Assembly (NCBI GenBank): GCA_038139415.1
Contig: JAYOSV010000001.1
Location: 126,536-190,535, forward strand
Direction of reading: 5' to 3'
Origin: Verrucomicrobiales bacterium
GTDB lineage: Bacteria > Verrucomicrobiota > Verrucomicrobiia > Limisphaerales > UBA1100
Length of the DNA stretch: 64,000 bases
The notes under the pieces: model-generated
Seen by the model: only the letters and a program-made list of their open reading frames with translations
Databases searched by the model: none
What the model was told of the DNA's origin: nothing
Program-made: the position numbers and the translations under genes
In this document: positions 30,099-39,677 of the stretch, in pieces
Layout: every line of letters begins with the position of its first letter
Numbering within the stretch: the stretch's first letter is position 1

Positions 30099-30767
30099 TT
30101 AGCCCATGACAAAGCCAAACAGACCCAGATAAGCCGCCATCACGTTTTGCGCGATGCCAAAGGGGTTGTATTGGTAGGGCGCATTCCAAAGTACCATGAA
30201 TAGAATGAAAAACATCCAGGTGGGGTTTCCCAAGGATTCGAGCCAACGCCGGTACGCCGGGACAAAATTGCCGAGCACGCTTGAGCCATCGAGTGGCGGC
30301 ACGGGTATAAGGTTGAAAATGCCCAGAGCGATATTAGTCACTCCGAAGATGCGCAGCAGATATTGGCCGTTATGAGCAGGGCCTTCGTCAGCAATGCCGC
30401 CAAGGCGCATCCAAACCGCGAGGGCGGTGAGTGCTGCAAATGCTAACAGGAAATTCATCGCTGGACCGGCGGCAGATACCAGCGCATCTCCGAAGCGGCT
30501 GCGGAAGTTGCGTGGATTGACCGGCATGGCCCCGAAGGCCATCCCCACCAGCGCAAGCATGAGCAGCGACATGCCGCCCATATGGACCATGGGGTCGGCC
30601 GTCATGTGGCCAGCCATCTTTGGGGTGTCATCGCCCTGCCAAATAGCGGCCCAGCCATGGGCAAGCTCATGCAGGACGATGGAAATGATCACCGTAACCA
30701 CCACGCAACCGAAATAAAGTTGCGTCTCCGGTTCAAATGCCCTTTGGATGAACAGCGCTGCAACCAT
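30099..30767 (-). CDS. Site-2 protease (peptidase M50) family
   Basis: HELAHG, AGPAMN, NLIPVPPLDG. Confidence 0.92.
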   Translation of the reverse strand: MVAALFIQRAFEPETQLYFGCVVVTVIISIVLHELAHGWAAIWQGDDTPKMAGHMTADPMVHMGGMSLLMLALVGMAFGAMPVNPRNFRSRFGDALVSAAGPAMNFLLAFAALTALAVWMRLGGIADEGPAHNGQYLLRIFGVTNIALGIFNLIPVPPLDGSSVLGNFVPAYRRWLESLGNPTWMFFILFMVLWNAPYQYNPFGIAQNVMAAYLGLFGFVMG

Positions 30768-30781
30768 GCGCTGTGAATTGT

Positions 30782-31720
30782 ATGAAGGCATTCGACGAAA
30801 ACCAAACACAAAACCGCCGGGCGGTCATTGATGTGGGGAGTAACTCGGTGAAGCTCCTGGTGGCCGAGGTGGCTGCTGGCGACGTCACGCCGTTGGTGCA
30901 TGAAGGCGAACAAACGCGGTTGGGCCGTGGTGTGTTTGATTCCGGCAAACTCGATCCGGAAGCGATTGCGCAAACCGCGTTTGTGGCCGGGCGGTTTGCT
31001 GAGAAGGCCAGACGCATGGGGGCTGTGGAGGTGAAGGCGGTGGCGACCAGCGCCGCTCGCGAAGCGCGTAATGGGATGGATTTGATCGAGGCGTTTCGCG
31101 AGGTGAATGTGCCTCTAACGATTATTGAGGGCGACCGCGAGGCGGAATTGGTGCTGCGCGGTGTGCGGAGTCATTCCGATTTTTCTGATGGGCCGCTGGC
31201 GATTATCGACGTGGGCGGGGGCAGTACGGAATTGCTGGTGGCGGATGAAACCGGCCTGCGCTTGCAGCATAGTTTCCCCTTGGGAACGGTGCGGTTGTTG
31301 GAACAGCATCGACTGAGCGATCTGCCGGCGGCGCAGGAGCGAGCGAAATTGATCGAGGCGCTGGATCAATTTCTGGATGATCAGGTAACGCCACTGCTCG
31401 GCACGGTAGCCTTGCCAGGAATGCTGGTGGGGGCCGGGGGAACACCGGTTTTCCTTTCGCGAATCCTCAAGGAGACGGATGATCTGGATGCGACGGAATT
31501 GGAGGCGCTGAGTTGGTTGCTACCGGAGGTGCAGTCCTTGACGGATCGGTTGTGGATGATGAGTCTGGAACGGCGGCAGGCGCTGGCCGGATTACCGGCG
31601 GATCGGGCGGATGTAATTTTATTTGGCGCAGCGATCTATGAAGCGGTGATGATGCGGTGCGGATTTCATGAACTGAGACCCACCATGCGAGGCGTGCGGT
31701 ATGGCTCGTTGCTCAGTTAA
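30782..31720 (+). CDS. ppx: Ppx/GppA family exopolyphosphatase (short form)
   Basis: AVIDVGSNS, ATSAAREARN, DVGGGSTE, RADVI, GVRYG. Confidence 0.9.
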   Translation: MKAFDENQTQNRRAVIDVGSNSVKLLVAEVAAGDVTPLVHEGEQTRLGRGVFDSGKLDPEAIAQTAFVAGRFAEKARRMGAVEVKAVATSAAREARNGMDLIEAFREVNVPLTIIEGDREAELVLRGVRSHSDFSDGPLAIIDVGGGSTELLVADETGLRLQHSFPLGTVRLLEQHRLSDLPAAQERAKLIEALDQFLDDQVTPLLGTVALPGMLVGAGGTPVFLSRILKETDDLDATELEALSWLLPEVQSLTDRLWMMSLERRQALAGLPADRADVILFGAAIYEAVMMRCGFHELRPTMRGVRYGSLLS

Positions 31721-32859
31721 AGCCCAAGCCGTTCGTATTCTAGCGCCACGTAGCGGTCGGTCATGCCGGAGAGATAATCACAAATGGCGCGGTGCAATCC
31801 GTCGATCTCAATGCGCGCGCGCGATTGGCTGCCGATGTCTTCCGGATGCTCTAGATAATGCCCGAACAACGCCTCAAGCAGCTTGATGGCGCGCAGGTTG
31901 GGTTTGTGGACGACGGGGTTGTAGTAGAGGTTTTCGTAGAGGTACTCGCGCAATTCCAGATTGGCCGTACGGCGGGCGTCGCTGTAGCGAATGAGGTTGC
32001 CGTCATGCAGGCGCACCTCATCAGCGGAATGCACGCCGGCCTTAGCGATGAGGCATCCGCTGGTTTCCACAACATCATGCACCTGGCTATTGATGAGCCG
32101 CCGGATGATGGCGTAATGGCGTGTCTCGGAATCGAGCGTGCCGTGCTCCGTGCGCACCTCGGTATCGGTGTCGCGCCAGATTTGCACATGGGTTTTGAGG
32201 TCTTCTTCGTCGAGCAGATTTGAGTCGAGTCCGTCATCGAGATCATGGCTGTAATAGGTGATCTCATCGGCAAGATTGGCGACCTGCGCCTCGAGCGAAT
32301 TGGATTTGGCGTCGAACCCGTGACGTTTGCTGGGGTGATCGGCGGGATTAAAATGTTTCACCAACCCTTCGCGTGTTTCCCAAGTGAGATTGAGCCCGGG
32401 GTGGTGGGGATATTTCTGCTCAAGTGTTTCCACGATGCGCAGGCTCTGGCGGTTGTGTTCAAATCCGCCGTGGGCTTTCATGAGATCGTTGAGCGCATAT
32501 TCGCCCTTGTGGCCGAAGGGGGAATGCCCGAGGTCATGGGCCAGAGCAATGGCTTCGGCGAGGTCTTCATTGAGAGCGAGGGCGCGGGCGATATTGCGCG
32601 ATACGGCCGCCACCTCAATGGTGTGGGTGAGGCGCGTGCGTAGGTGATCGCCGGTGCCGTTTAGGAACACCTGCGTTTTGTATTCCAACCGGCGAAAGGC
32701 TCGGGAATGGGTGATGCGATCGCGGTCACGCTGGTAATCAGTGCGCCATTCGTGGGGCGGCTCGGGAAAGGCGCGGCCGCGGGAATCGGCACTGCGTTGC
32801 GCGTACGGCGCGAGGGTTTGATGTTCGTTGGCCTCCAGCTGTTCGCGGGACTGGGGCAT
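31717..32859 (-). CDS. dgt: dGTP triphosphohydrolase (HD domain)
   Basis: RDRDRITHSRAFRRLEYKTQV, RTRLTHT, AHDLGHSPFGH, HDLDD, DYLSGMTD. Confidence 0.93.
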   Translation of the reverse strand: MPQSREQLEANEHQTLAPYAQRSADSRGRAFPEPPHEWRTDYQRDRDRITHSRAFRRLEYKTQVFLNGTGDHLRTRLTHTIEVAAVSRNIARALALNEDLAEAIALAHDLGHSPFGHKGEYALNDLMKAHGGFEHNRQSLRIVETLEQKYPHHPGLNLTWETREGLVKHFNPADHPSKRHGFDAKSNSLEAQVANLADEITYYSHDLDDGLDSNLLDEEDLKTHVQIWRDTDTEVRTEHGTLDSETRHYAIIRRLINSQVHDVVETSGCLIAKAGVHSADEVRLHDGNLIRYSDARRTANLELREYLYENLYYNPVVHKPNLRAIKLLEALFGHYLEHPEDIGSQSRARIEIDGLHRAICDYLSGMTDRYVALEYERLGL

Positions 32860-32862
32860 GGC

Positions 32863-34104
32863 TTAGTTGGCGAGGAATTCCTCGGCTGAAGTATTACGTA
32901 GCTCCAGTAGATGGTTGATGACATCCTCAATCAGGTTGTTGGGGCAGGATGCCCCCGCGGTGATGCCAACGCGAATGGGACCTTCCGGAAGCCAATGGGG
33001 TGTTTCCTCCAACTGCTGCTTGTGTTGATTCCAATGGCGAATGGTTTGCGGGCCGTTGATCTCCTTAACGTTTTTGATGAAGTAAGTGGGTAACACGCGT
33101 TCACCCATTTCGGCCAGATGCGAGGTGTTGGAGGAATTGTATCCGCCAATCACCAGCAACAGATCTAATGGTTCCTGGAGCATCACTTCCAAAGCATCCT
33201 GACGATCTTGAGTGGCACCGCAGATTGTGTCGAAAAAACGGAAGTGTGTATCGGTATTCTCGGTGCCGTACCGTTTCTGGATGGCGGCCTTGATGCGGCG
33301 CTGCACTTCCTCGGTTTCGCCGCGCATCATGGTGGTTTGATTGGCCACGCCGACTGCACGCAGATGGGTGTCTGGGTCAAATCCTTCCGAATAGCAACCA
33401 TCGAACCGTTTCAGCAAAGCCTCTTTGTCGCCGCCATTTATGATGTAATCACAAATCAGATCAGTTTCCTCAAACGTGTTGACCACCAGATAATGACCGT
33501 TCTTGGCGATCGCCTGGCTACTGGTGGCCATCGTTTCCTCGTGGGAAGCTTTGCCATGGATGATGCTGGTGACCTCCTCCTTGGCGTAGGTGCGCACGCG
33601 TTTCCAGACGCTCATCACATCACCGCAGGTGGTGTCCACAAATTGGCAGCCCTTGGCCTCGAGCTTCTCCCGAATGGTGACTTCCGTGCCGAACGCCGGG
33701 ATGATCACAATATCGCCTTCGCCCAGATCATCGATATCCGCCGACTGATGGGGGCCGGACAGGAAGTGAATGCCCATCTCCCGAATCTGGTCGTTTACCT
33801 CCGGGTTATGGATGATTTCCCCCAGAATATAGAGAGGCTTGTCAGGGAACACCTTGCGCGCGGCGTAGGCAAGGTCGATGCAGCGCTCGACGCCGTAGCA
33901 AAAGCCGAATTCCTTCGCGAGCTTAATGGTAATCTGACCGGTAGGGCAGGTCACTTCGCCCTTGGTCCGCAGTCGATCGACCAGATCACTGCGATAATGC
34001 GTCAGCACCTGCGCCTTGACCTGCTCCATAATATCCGGCCGGCGCAGGTTAATGCGCTTGGGCTTCGGCTTGGCAACCGGTTGATCAGGGGCTTCAGAAG
34101 CCAT
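32863..34104 (-). CDS. ispH: 4-hydroxy-3-methylbut-2-enyl diphosphate reductase
   Basis: FGFCYGV, IIHNP, DTTC, DTICGATQDRQ, SSNT, GITAGASCP. Confidence 0.96.
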   Translation of the reverse strand: MASEAPDQPVAKPKPKRINLRRPDIMEQVKAQVLTHYRSDLVDRLRTKGEVTCPTGQITIKLAKEFGFCYGVERCIDLAYAARKVFPDKPLYILGEIIHNPEVNDQIREMGIHFLSGPHQSADIDDLGEGDIVIIPAFGTEVTIREKLEAKGCQFVDTTCGDVMSVWKRVRTYAKEEVTSIIHGKASHEETMATSSQAIAKNGHYLVVNTFEETDLICDYIINGGDKEALLKRFDGCYSEGFDPDTHLRAVGVANQTTMMRGETEEVQRRIKAAIQKRYGTENTDTHFRFFDTICGATQDRQDALEVMLQEPLDLLLVIGGYNSSNTSHLAEMGERVLPTYFIKNVKEINGPQTIRHWNQHKQQLEETPHWLPEGPIRVGITAGASCPNNLIEDVINHLLELRNTSAEEFLAN

Positions 34105-34151
34105 CGGCGTCAGCTTGGCACAGGGGCTTTGGTAGGGTCGAGATGAATCCC

Positions 34152-35060
34152 TTAACTCACCAACCAGTTCAATATCGCCTTCTGGGCGTGCAAGCGGTTT
34201 TCGGCTTGGGTGAAGATGGTGTCGGCGTGGGCTTCGAGGGTGGGCTCGTCGATTTCCTTGCCGCGGTAGGCGGGGAGGCAGTGCATGACGAGGGCGTCCT
34301 CATTGGCGAGGGCAACGAGGGCTTCGTTGATTTGATAACCGGCAAAATCACGCTCGCGTTGGGCGGCTTCCTCTTCCATGCCCATGGAGACCCAGACGTC
34401 GGTGTACAATAAATCGGCGCCTTCGGCGGCGGCTTGGCAATCTTCGGTAACGGTGATGTTGCCGCCGGAACCGTTAATAGCGTTTGCGATGAGGTCCGGG
34501 CATGGCTGGTGGGCTTTGGGCGCGGCGATGCGCAGCTCGAAGTTAAGTTTGCCGGCGGCCCAGATCCAGCTGATGGGCACGTTGCACGCGCCGTCGCCGA
34601 TGAAGGTAACGACCTTGCCGGCGATGGGGCCGCGTTGTTCCTGATACGTGAAAATATCGGTGATGATCTGGCAGGGATGCTCGGCATCGGTCAGCGCGTT
34701 GATGGTGGGAATGTCGGAGTGCTCGGCGAAATCCTCTACATCGCTCTGCGCGAAGGTGCGAATGACTGCGCCGTGCACCATGCGACCGAGCACGCGGGCG
34801 GTGTCCTGGATGGGTTCGCCACGGCCGAGCTGGAGGTCGTTCGCGTTGAGAAACATTACGCCGCCACCAAGTTCGCGGATGCCGGTCTCGAAGGACACTC
34901 GGGTTCGTGTGGAGGATTTGGTGAAAATCATCGCCCACGTCTGGCCGGCGAGCGGTTGGTGTTGGCTGTCGCCGCGCTGCGCCTTGATGACGGGGGCATT
35001 TTCCAGAATGGTCTTGATGGACGCCGTGTCCATCGCTTCGATACTTAACAGGTGCTTCAT
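34152..35060 (-). CDS. argF: Ornithine carbamoyltransferase
   Basis: STRTRVSF, HPCQ, DVWVSMG, HCLPA, QAENRLH. Confidence 0.96.
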   Translation of the reverse strand: MKHLLSIEAMDTASIKTILENAPVIKAQRGDSQHQPLAGQTWAMIFTKSSTRTRVSFETGIRELGGGVMFLNANDLQLGRGEPIQDTARVLGRMVHGAVIRTFAQSDVEDFAEHSDIPTINALTDAEHPCQIITDIFTYQEQRGPIAGKVVTFIGDGACNVPISWIWAAGKLNFELRIAAPKAHQPCPDLIANAINGSGGNITVTEDCQAAAEGADLLYTDVWVSMGMEEEAAQRERDFAGYQINEALVALANEDALVMHCLPAYRGKEIDEPTLEAHADTIFTQAENRLHAQKAILNWLVS

Positions 35061-36307
35061 GAGCTGAGCTCCTTGATGACGCCCTCGATGATGGCTAGGC
35101 CTTCATCGGCGTCGGCTTGTGAAAGGTTTAATGGCGGCAACAGGCGAAACACCCGCGCGCCGGCCGGAATGGTGAGCAGACCAGCGTCATGCAGTCGCTC
35201 GACGATCTGTACGGAGGCCGGCCGGTTGCTTTCGGCGAAGGCGGGAATATCCTCGGCCAGTTCAATGCCGATCATCAGGCCAAGCCCGCGCACTTCCTTC
35301 AGCACGTTGGGATGCGCCTCGATCAGTGTTTGGATTCGCCCGGTAAAATGACTACCTAACGCAACGGCGTGTTGCGCGAGCCCATCGCGTTCGATGATCT
35401 CTAGCGCCTTGAGCGCATGCGCGCTGACCAGCGGCGTGCCGCCAAAAGTGGTGCCGTGCGTGCCCGGGCCAAGCAAATCCTGCAACGATTCGTTGGCCCA
35501 GATCGCGCCCATCGGCAGACCTGCACCTAGACTCTTGGCCATGGAGAATGCGTCCGGTTGAAATCCATCTGAATTGGAATCACTAAGAATTGTTTCCCAA
35601 CTCTGAAAATGGCCAGTTCTGAAGAAACCGCATTGAACTGAATCCATCATCATGAGGATATTTTTATCAGTGCAAAGTTTCCTTAATCCGAGCAGATATT
35701 CGGGTTTGGCTGGATATATGCCGCCTTCGCCTTGAATACCTTCAATAAGGATTGCCGCAGTTTTTTCGGTGATAGCGGCTTGCATTGCCCCAAGATCATT
35801 AAACGGCACGTGTTTGAAACCCTCTACGGCTGGTTCAAACCCCTGCTTGACCTTGTTTTGTCCTGTGGCCGCGATGCCTGCTAAGGTTCGGCCATGAAAA
35901 GAATTTTCAGTGGTAATAACCTCATAACGTCCATCGGTGTGACCGTGGAGTCGGGCGATTTTATACAAACCTTCGTTAGCCTCGGCTCCGCTATTACAAA
36001 AAAACATTTTCCCGTGTCCTCCTGCATGCTGAACGAGTTTCTCAGCCAGCAAACCTTGTGGCTCGGTATAGTAAAGATTGGAAATATGCGTGAGCTTCCC
36101 CGCTTGTTCGGTAAGGGCCGCAGCTAGTTCCGGATGTCCGTGGCCGAGACAGGCTGTAGCTATCCCTGAACCCAGATCAAGAAGACGCCGCCCATCGTTC
36201 GTAAACACATGAGATCCTTTCCCATGAGTGATGGTTAGCGGAAAACGCGCGTAGGTCGGAATGATATGAGCTTTGATGCTGTTTTGGATGGGGTTTGTGT
36301 CACTCAT
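35057..36307 (-). CDS. argD: Acetylornithine aminotransferase (class III PLP)
   Basis: NSGAEANE, SFHGRT, IQGEGG, AKSLG, HGTTFGG; within the arg operon. Confidence 0.92.
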   Translation of the reverse strand: MSDTNPIQNSIKAHIIPTYARFPLTITHGKGSHVFTNDGRRLLDLGSGIATACLGHGHPELAAALTEQAGKLTHISNLYYTEPQGLLAEKLVQHAGGHGKMFFCNSGAEANEGLYKIARLHGHTDGRYEVITTENSFHGRTLAGIAATGQNKVKQGFEPAVEGFKHVPFNDLGAMQAAITEKTAAILIEGIQGEGGIYPAKPEYLLGLRKLCTDKNILMMMDSVQCGFFRTGHFQSWETILSDSNSDGFQPDAFSMAKSLGAGLPMGAIWANESLQDLLGPGTHGTTFGGTPLVSAHALKALEIIERDGLAQHAVALGSHFTGRIQTLIEAHPNVLKEVRGLGLMIGIELAEDIPAFAESNRPASVQIVERLHDAGLLTIPAGARVFRLLPPLNLSQADADEGLAIIEGVIKELSS

Positions 36308-37164
36308 TTTACTATTTCCGTCCCGACTCCTTCGTCGGTGAAAATTTCCAGTAGCACGGCGTGGTGGATACGGCCGTCGACGAAGGACACCTTGTCCACG
36401 CCCGCGTCGATGGCTGTGGTGGCGCTGTCGACCTTTGGGATCATGCCGCTGGCAATAATGCCGGCCTGTTTCAATTTATCGACCTCTGCCACATCGAGGT
36501 GGGAGATCAGCGATGTCGCATCGGCGGGATCGCGCAACAGCCCGGGCACATCGCTCATAAACACCAGCCGCTTGGCGGCCAGCGCAATGGCGGCTTGGGC
36601 AGCGGCGACATCGGCGTTGCAGTTGTAAATCTGTCCGTCCGCATCGCGTGCGGTGGGGGAGATCACCGGTGTGATGCCCTGGGTGATGCATTCCTCCAAT
36701 GGCGCGGTGTTCACGGCAGTCACCTCCCCAACGAAGCCGTAATCCTGTCCCTCCGGCGCGTGCCGTTTGCAGGTGAAAATGTCCGTGCCGGCAAAGCCCT
36801 TGGCCACGCCGCCGAGTGAGTTGATCATTTTCACGATCTCGGCGTTGATCTCCTGCGACAACACCTGATCGACCACCGCCACCGAATCGGCATCCGTGTG
36901 GCGCAAACCGTTGACGAAGCGCGTCTCCACGCCGGCCGCTTCCAGCGCGCGGCTGATTCGTTTGCCGCCGCCGTGCACCACCACCGGATTGATCTCGACC
37001 GCCTCCAAAAAAACCACGTCCCGCGCCACGCCCGTGCGCACGGCCTCGTCCGGACTGTCCATGAAACTGCCGCCGTACTTGACTACGAACGTTGCGCCGG
37101 CAAATCGCTGAATGTACGGCAGCGCTTCGAGCAATGTGGCGGCTTTGGAGATGAGTTCCTGCAT
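36304..37164 (-). CDS. argB: Acetylglutamate kinase
   Basis: EALPYI, VVKYGG, VHGGG, NCNAD, GMIPKV. Confidence 0.96.
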   Translation of the reverse strand: MQELISKAATLLEALPYIQRFAGATFVVKYGGSFMDSPDEAVRTGVARDVVFLEAVEINPVVVHGGGKRISRALEAAGVETRFVNGLRHTDADSVAVVDQVLSQEINAEIVKMINSLGGVAKGFAGTDIFTCKRHAPEGQDYGFVGEVTAVNTAPLEECITQGITPVISPTARDADGQIYNCNADVAAAQAAIALAAKRLVFMSDVPGLLRDPADATSLISHLDVAEVDKLKQAGIIASGMIPKVDSATTAIDAGVDKVSFVDGRIHHAVLLEIFTDEGVGTEIVK

Positions 37165-37165
37165 G

Positions 37166-38488
37166 TCAGCCTCCGAGCGATTTGGGGTCGCTAATGTCGC
37201 CCTTGTTGAATTCCACGTATTCCTCGGTGAGATCGGCGGCGTAGAGCTTGGCCTGGCCTTTTCCGAGATTCAGGTTAATGTGCAGGTCAAACTCCGTCGG
37301 CGCGACAGCCGCGCACAAGGTCTCAAAGGTCGTTTGGGTGGGCCTGCCCTTCTTGAGGGAATAGGTCAGCTTCTTGGTTTCGGGCGCGCTGTAGGCGATG
37401 TCGACTTTTTCCTCCACCACCTTCGCGGACGAATAACCAAGTGCATCGATGATCCGGCCCCAGTTGGGATCGCCGCCGTTCCAGCTGGTTTTCACCAACG
37501 CACTGTTGCCCACTGCACGCGCGGCGGCATCGGCTTCCTTCTGTGTCTTGGCGCCGCGCACCCGCACGGTGACCAGTCGTGTGACGCCTTCACCATCGCG
37601 TACCATCATTTTGGAAAGCTCGAGGCAGACGTGATTCAGGGCAGCCTGAAATGTTTTCAAGTCGCGCGTGCTGAGTTTTTTGTTTCCAGCCAAGCCGTTG
37701 GCGAGTAGGAGCACAGTGTCGTTGGTGCTCATGTCTCCATCCACGGTGATGCAATTAAAACTGCTGGCTACGGCCTCGCGTAGGCACTTGCGCAATGTGC
37801 CGGCGGAAATTTTTGCGTCAGTTGTGAGGTAGGCGAGCATGGTGGCATGCAGAGGCATGCTCGCGGGTCGCACGCCGGTGGGACTCATGCCGGGCTGAAT
37901 CATGCCCGCGCCCTTGGCAATCCCGCCGAGCCGCACGGTTTGGCTTCCGAGCTGAAATTCCACGGCGATCTCCTTCGGTTGCGTATCGCTGGTCATGATG
38001 GCCTCAGCGGCGTAGTGCGCCGCGATGGTGGAATCATCGAGTTCCTTGACGATCTGCCGGATGCCGGCGCGGATGTTCGTCATGGGTAGCTCCAGGCCGA
38101 TCCGGCCAGTGCTGCCGACGAGTACATCCTCCGGTTGGAGTAACAATTCCTCGGCCAAGAGCGCAGCCATTTCCTTTGCATCCTTCAACCCTCGCGGGCC
38201 AGTGCAGGCATTGGCATTGCCGGAATTGATCACCACCGCCTGCGCTTTGCTTTTGTTTCTGGCAATATGCTCCACGCAAATCTTCACCGGTGCGGCGCAG
38301 ATTTGGTTGGTGGTAAACATCCCCGCCGCCGTGGCCGGTACCTCGGAGACAATCACCGCCAGATCGCGTTTTTGACCTTTGTTGCTGCCTTTACCGGTGC
38401 CGAGCCGTTTTACATCACAAAACAACCCGGCCGTCAGGAAACCCTGCGGGGCAACAATGGAACCATCAATGGAATGAAAAGACTTCAT
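37166..38488 (-). CDS. argJ: Bifunctional ornithine acetyltransferase / N-acetylglutamate synthase
   Basis: NSGNANACTG, KGAGMIQP, HATML autocleavage site, DGDMSTND, DGEG, DPNWGRI. Confidence 0.96.
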   Translation of the reverse strand: MKSFHSIDGSIVAPQGFLTAGLFCDVKRLGTGKGSNKGQKRDLAVIVSEVPATAAGMFTTNQICAAPVKICVEHIARNKSKAQAVVINSGNANACTGPRGLKDAKEMAALLAEELLLQPEDVLVGSTGRIGLELPMTNIRAGIRQIVKELDDSTIAAHYAAEAIMTSDTQPKEIAVEFQLGSQTVRLGGIAKGAGMIQPGMSPTGVRPASMPLHATMLAYLTTDAKISAGTLRKCLREAVASSFNCITVDGDMSTNDTVLLLANGLAGNKKLSTRDLKTFQAALNHVCLELSKMMVRDGEGVTRLVTVRVRGAKTQKEADAAARAVGNSALVKTSWNGGDPNWGRIIDALGYSSAKVVEEKVDIAYSAPETKKLTYSLKKGRPTQTTFETLCAAVAPTEFDLHINLNLGKGQAKLYAADLTEEYVEFNKGDISDPKSLGG

Positions 38489-38509
38489 CTCGGGAAGGGT
38501 GGCGTCAGG

Positions 38510-38549
38510 AAACAAAAGGAAGCCCAACGCAGCCTTAGCGGCTACGTCG
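38510..38549 (-). terminator. Attenuator-like hairpin plus U-rich tract in the argJ leader
   Basis: Minus strand CGACGTAGCC-GCTAA-GGCTGCGTTG (10 bp including G-U), followed by GGCTTCCTTTTGTTT. Confidence 0.65.
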
Positions 38550-38582
38550 ACGAACGGACTTGTGTTTCGTCTTAAGGGTCAT
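38535..38582 (-). CDS. Candidate arginine operon leader peptide MTLKTKHKSVRRRSR
   Basis: ATG...CGT CGA CGT AGC CGC TAA lies between the promoter and argJ; 4 of the last 5 codons are Arg. Confidence 0.75.
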   Translation of the reverse strand: MTLKTKHKSVRRRSR

Positions 38583-38593
38583 AAGAGATGACG

Positions 38594-38622
38594 ATTCAAG
38601 CAGGATGCGCGGGAGGTGTCAA
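38594..38622 (-). promoter_or_regulatory. sigma70 promoter of the argJBDF operon
   Basis: Minus strand TTGACA-N17-TTGAAT. Confidence 0.75.
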
Positions 38623-38632
38623 CGGAAATGGC

Positions 38633-39592
38633 TCACGCAGCCCGGGTCATCAGCACCATACCCACCACGCCGGCCACAGCCACCACACCGCCGGCTAGAG
38701 AACGCCAGCTGGGTTTTTCCTCGTTCAACGCAATCGACATGGGAATGACCACGAGCGGGGTGGTTGCAATGATGGGCAGCACGACGCCGGTGGCGTTGTC
38801 CAGCAGTGCCCACTGATAACAGGTCACGCCCAGCGCCGGCCCGGCTAAGCCAGTGGCCAGCAGCCATGGAAAACCGCTCCGCCAGTCGTTGGTGTCATCG
38901 GCCCGCGTCATGCCTGCTAGGGGCGAATCCGGTTTGCGCTTCAGCCAAGCGCGAACTGCCAACAGGAACAAACCGGAAAAGAGCATGCCGCCTAGCATCC
39001 GTTGCACCGCCACGGTGATGCCGGCGTGAACGCCATCGAGTTCCACGCCGGTGCCGGGCGCTACATTCTCAGTAATCACCCGGCTCAAGACGCCTGCGCC
39101 GAAGCCCTGCCCAATGGCGGCGATCAATCCCCAACCGATGCCCTTGAGTAAATCGCTACGTTCGAGGTTTGGGTTTTCCTTGGGCGCGAGTGCCACGGCG
39201 ACACCGGCCAAGATGACCACCGCACAGAAGATTTGCTGGGGCGTCATGGTGGTGCCGAGCCAGAAGTATTCGGTGATCGCTGCCACGGGCACGGACACGC
39301 AATGGACGATCAGGGTGGTGAGCCGGGAGCCGAGCAAAGGAAAGGCGCGAAAGAGGGCAATGTCGCCCAGACCGAACCCAATGGCGCCGCTCAGCAGGAA
39401 CAGGCCAAAGATCTTCGGATGCCAGTAGCCCATCAACGTGGGGCCGAACGAGAACGCCACCAGCAACATCAAGGTGGGGGCGAAGATGAGCCGCACAAAG
39501 TTGGCTTCCGTGCCGCCCAAATGCTCGGTGGTTTTCCGCGCCGAAACGGCCGAGGCGGAAAACAACACAGTGCAAAGCAGCGCGGCAAACAT
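38633..39592 (-). CDS. DMT/EamA family transporter
   Basis: About ten TM helices in two EamA-like halves; SGAIGFGLGD motif. Confidence 0.88.
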   Translation of the reverse strand: MFAALLCTVLFSASAVSARKTTEHLGGTEANFVRLIFAPTLMLLVAFSFGPTLMGYWHPKIFGLFLLSGAIGFGLGDIALFRAFPLLGSRLTTLIVHCVSVPVAAITEYFWLGTTMTPQQIFCAVVILAGVAVALAPKENPNLERSDLLKGIGWGLIAAIGQGFGAGVLSRVITENVAPGTGVELDGVHAGITVAVQRMLGGMLFSGLFLLAVRAWLKRKPDSPLAGMTRADDTNDWRSGFPWLLATGLAGPALGVTCYQWALLDNATGVVLPIIATTPLVVIPMSIALNEEKPSWRSLAGGVVAVAGVVGMVLMTRAA

Positions 39593-39677
39593 GGAGGCGA
39601 AGGGGTAAGCCGAAGCGGCGGGATTGTCACGTCATGTTTGCCGTTGCGCTTTCGGTGGCGGCGCGTAGGCTGGGCGC

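Noticed and set aside
31717..32859. Anti-phage dGTPase
   Set aside because: Short housekeeping-type dgt in an operon with ispH, host-like GC, no defence context
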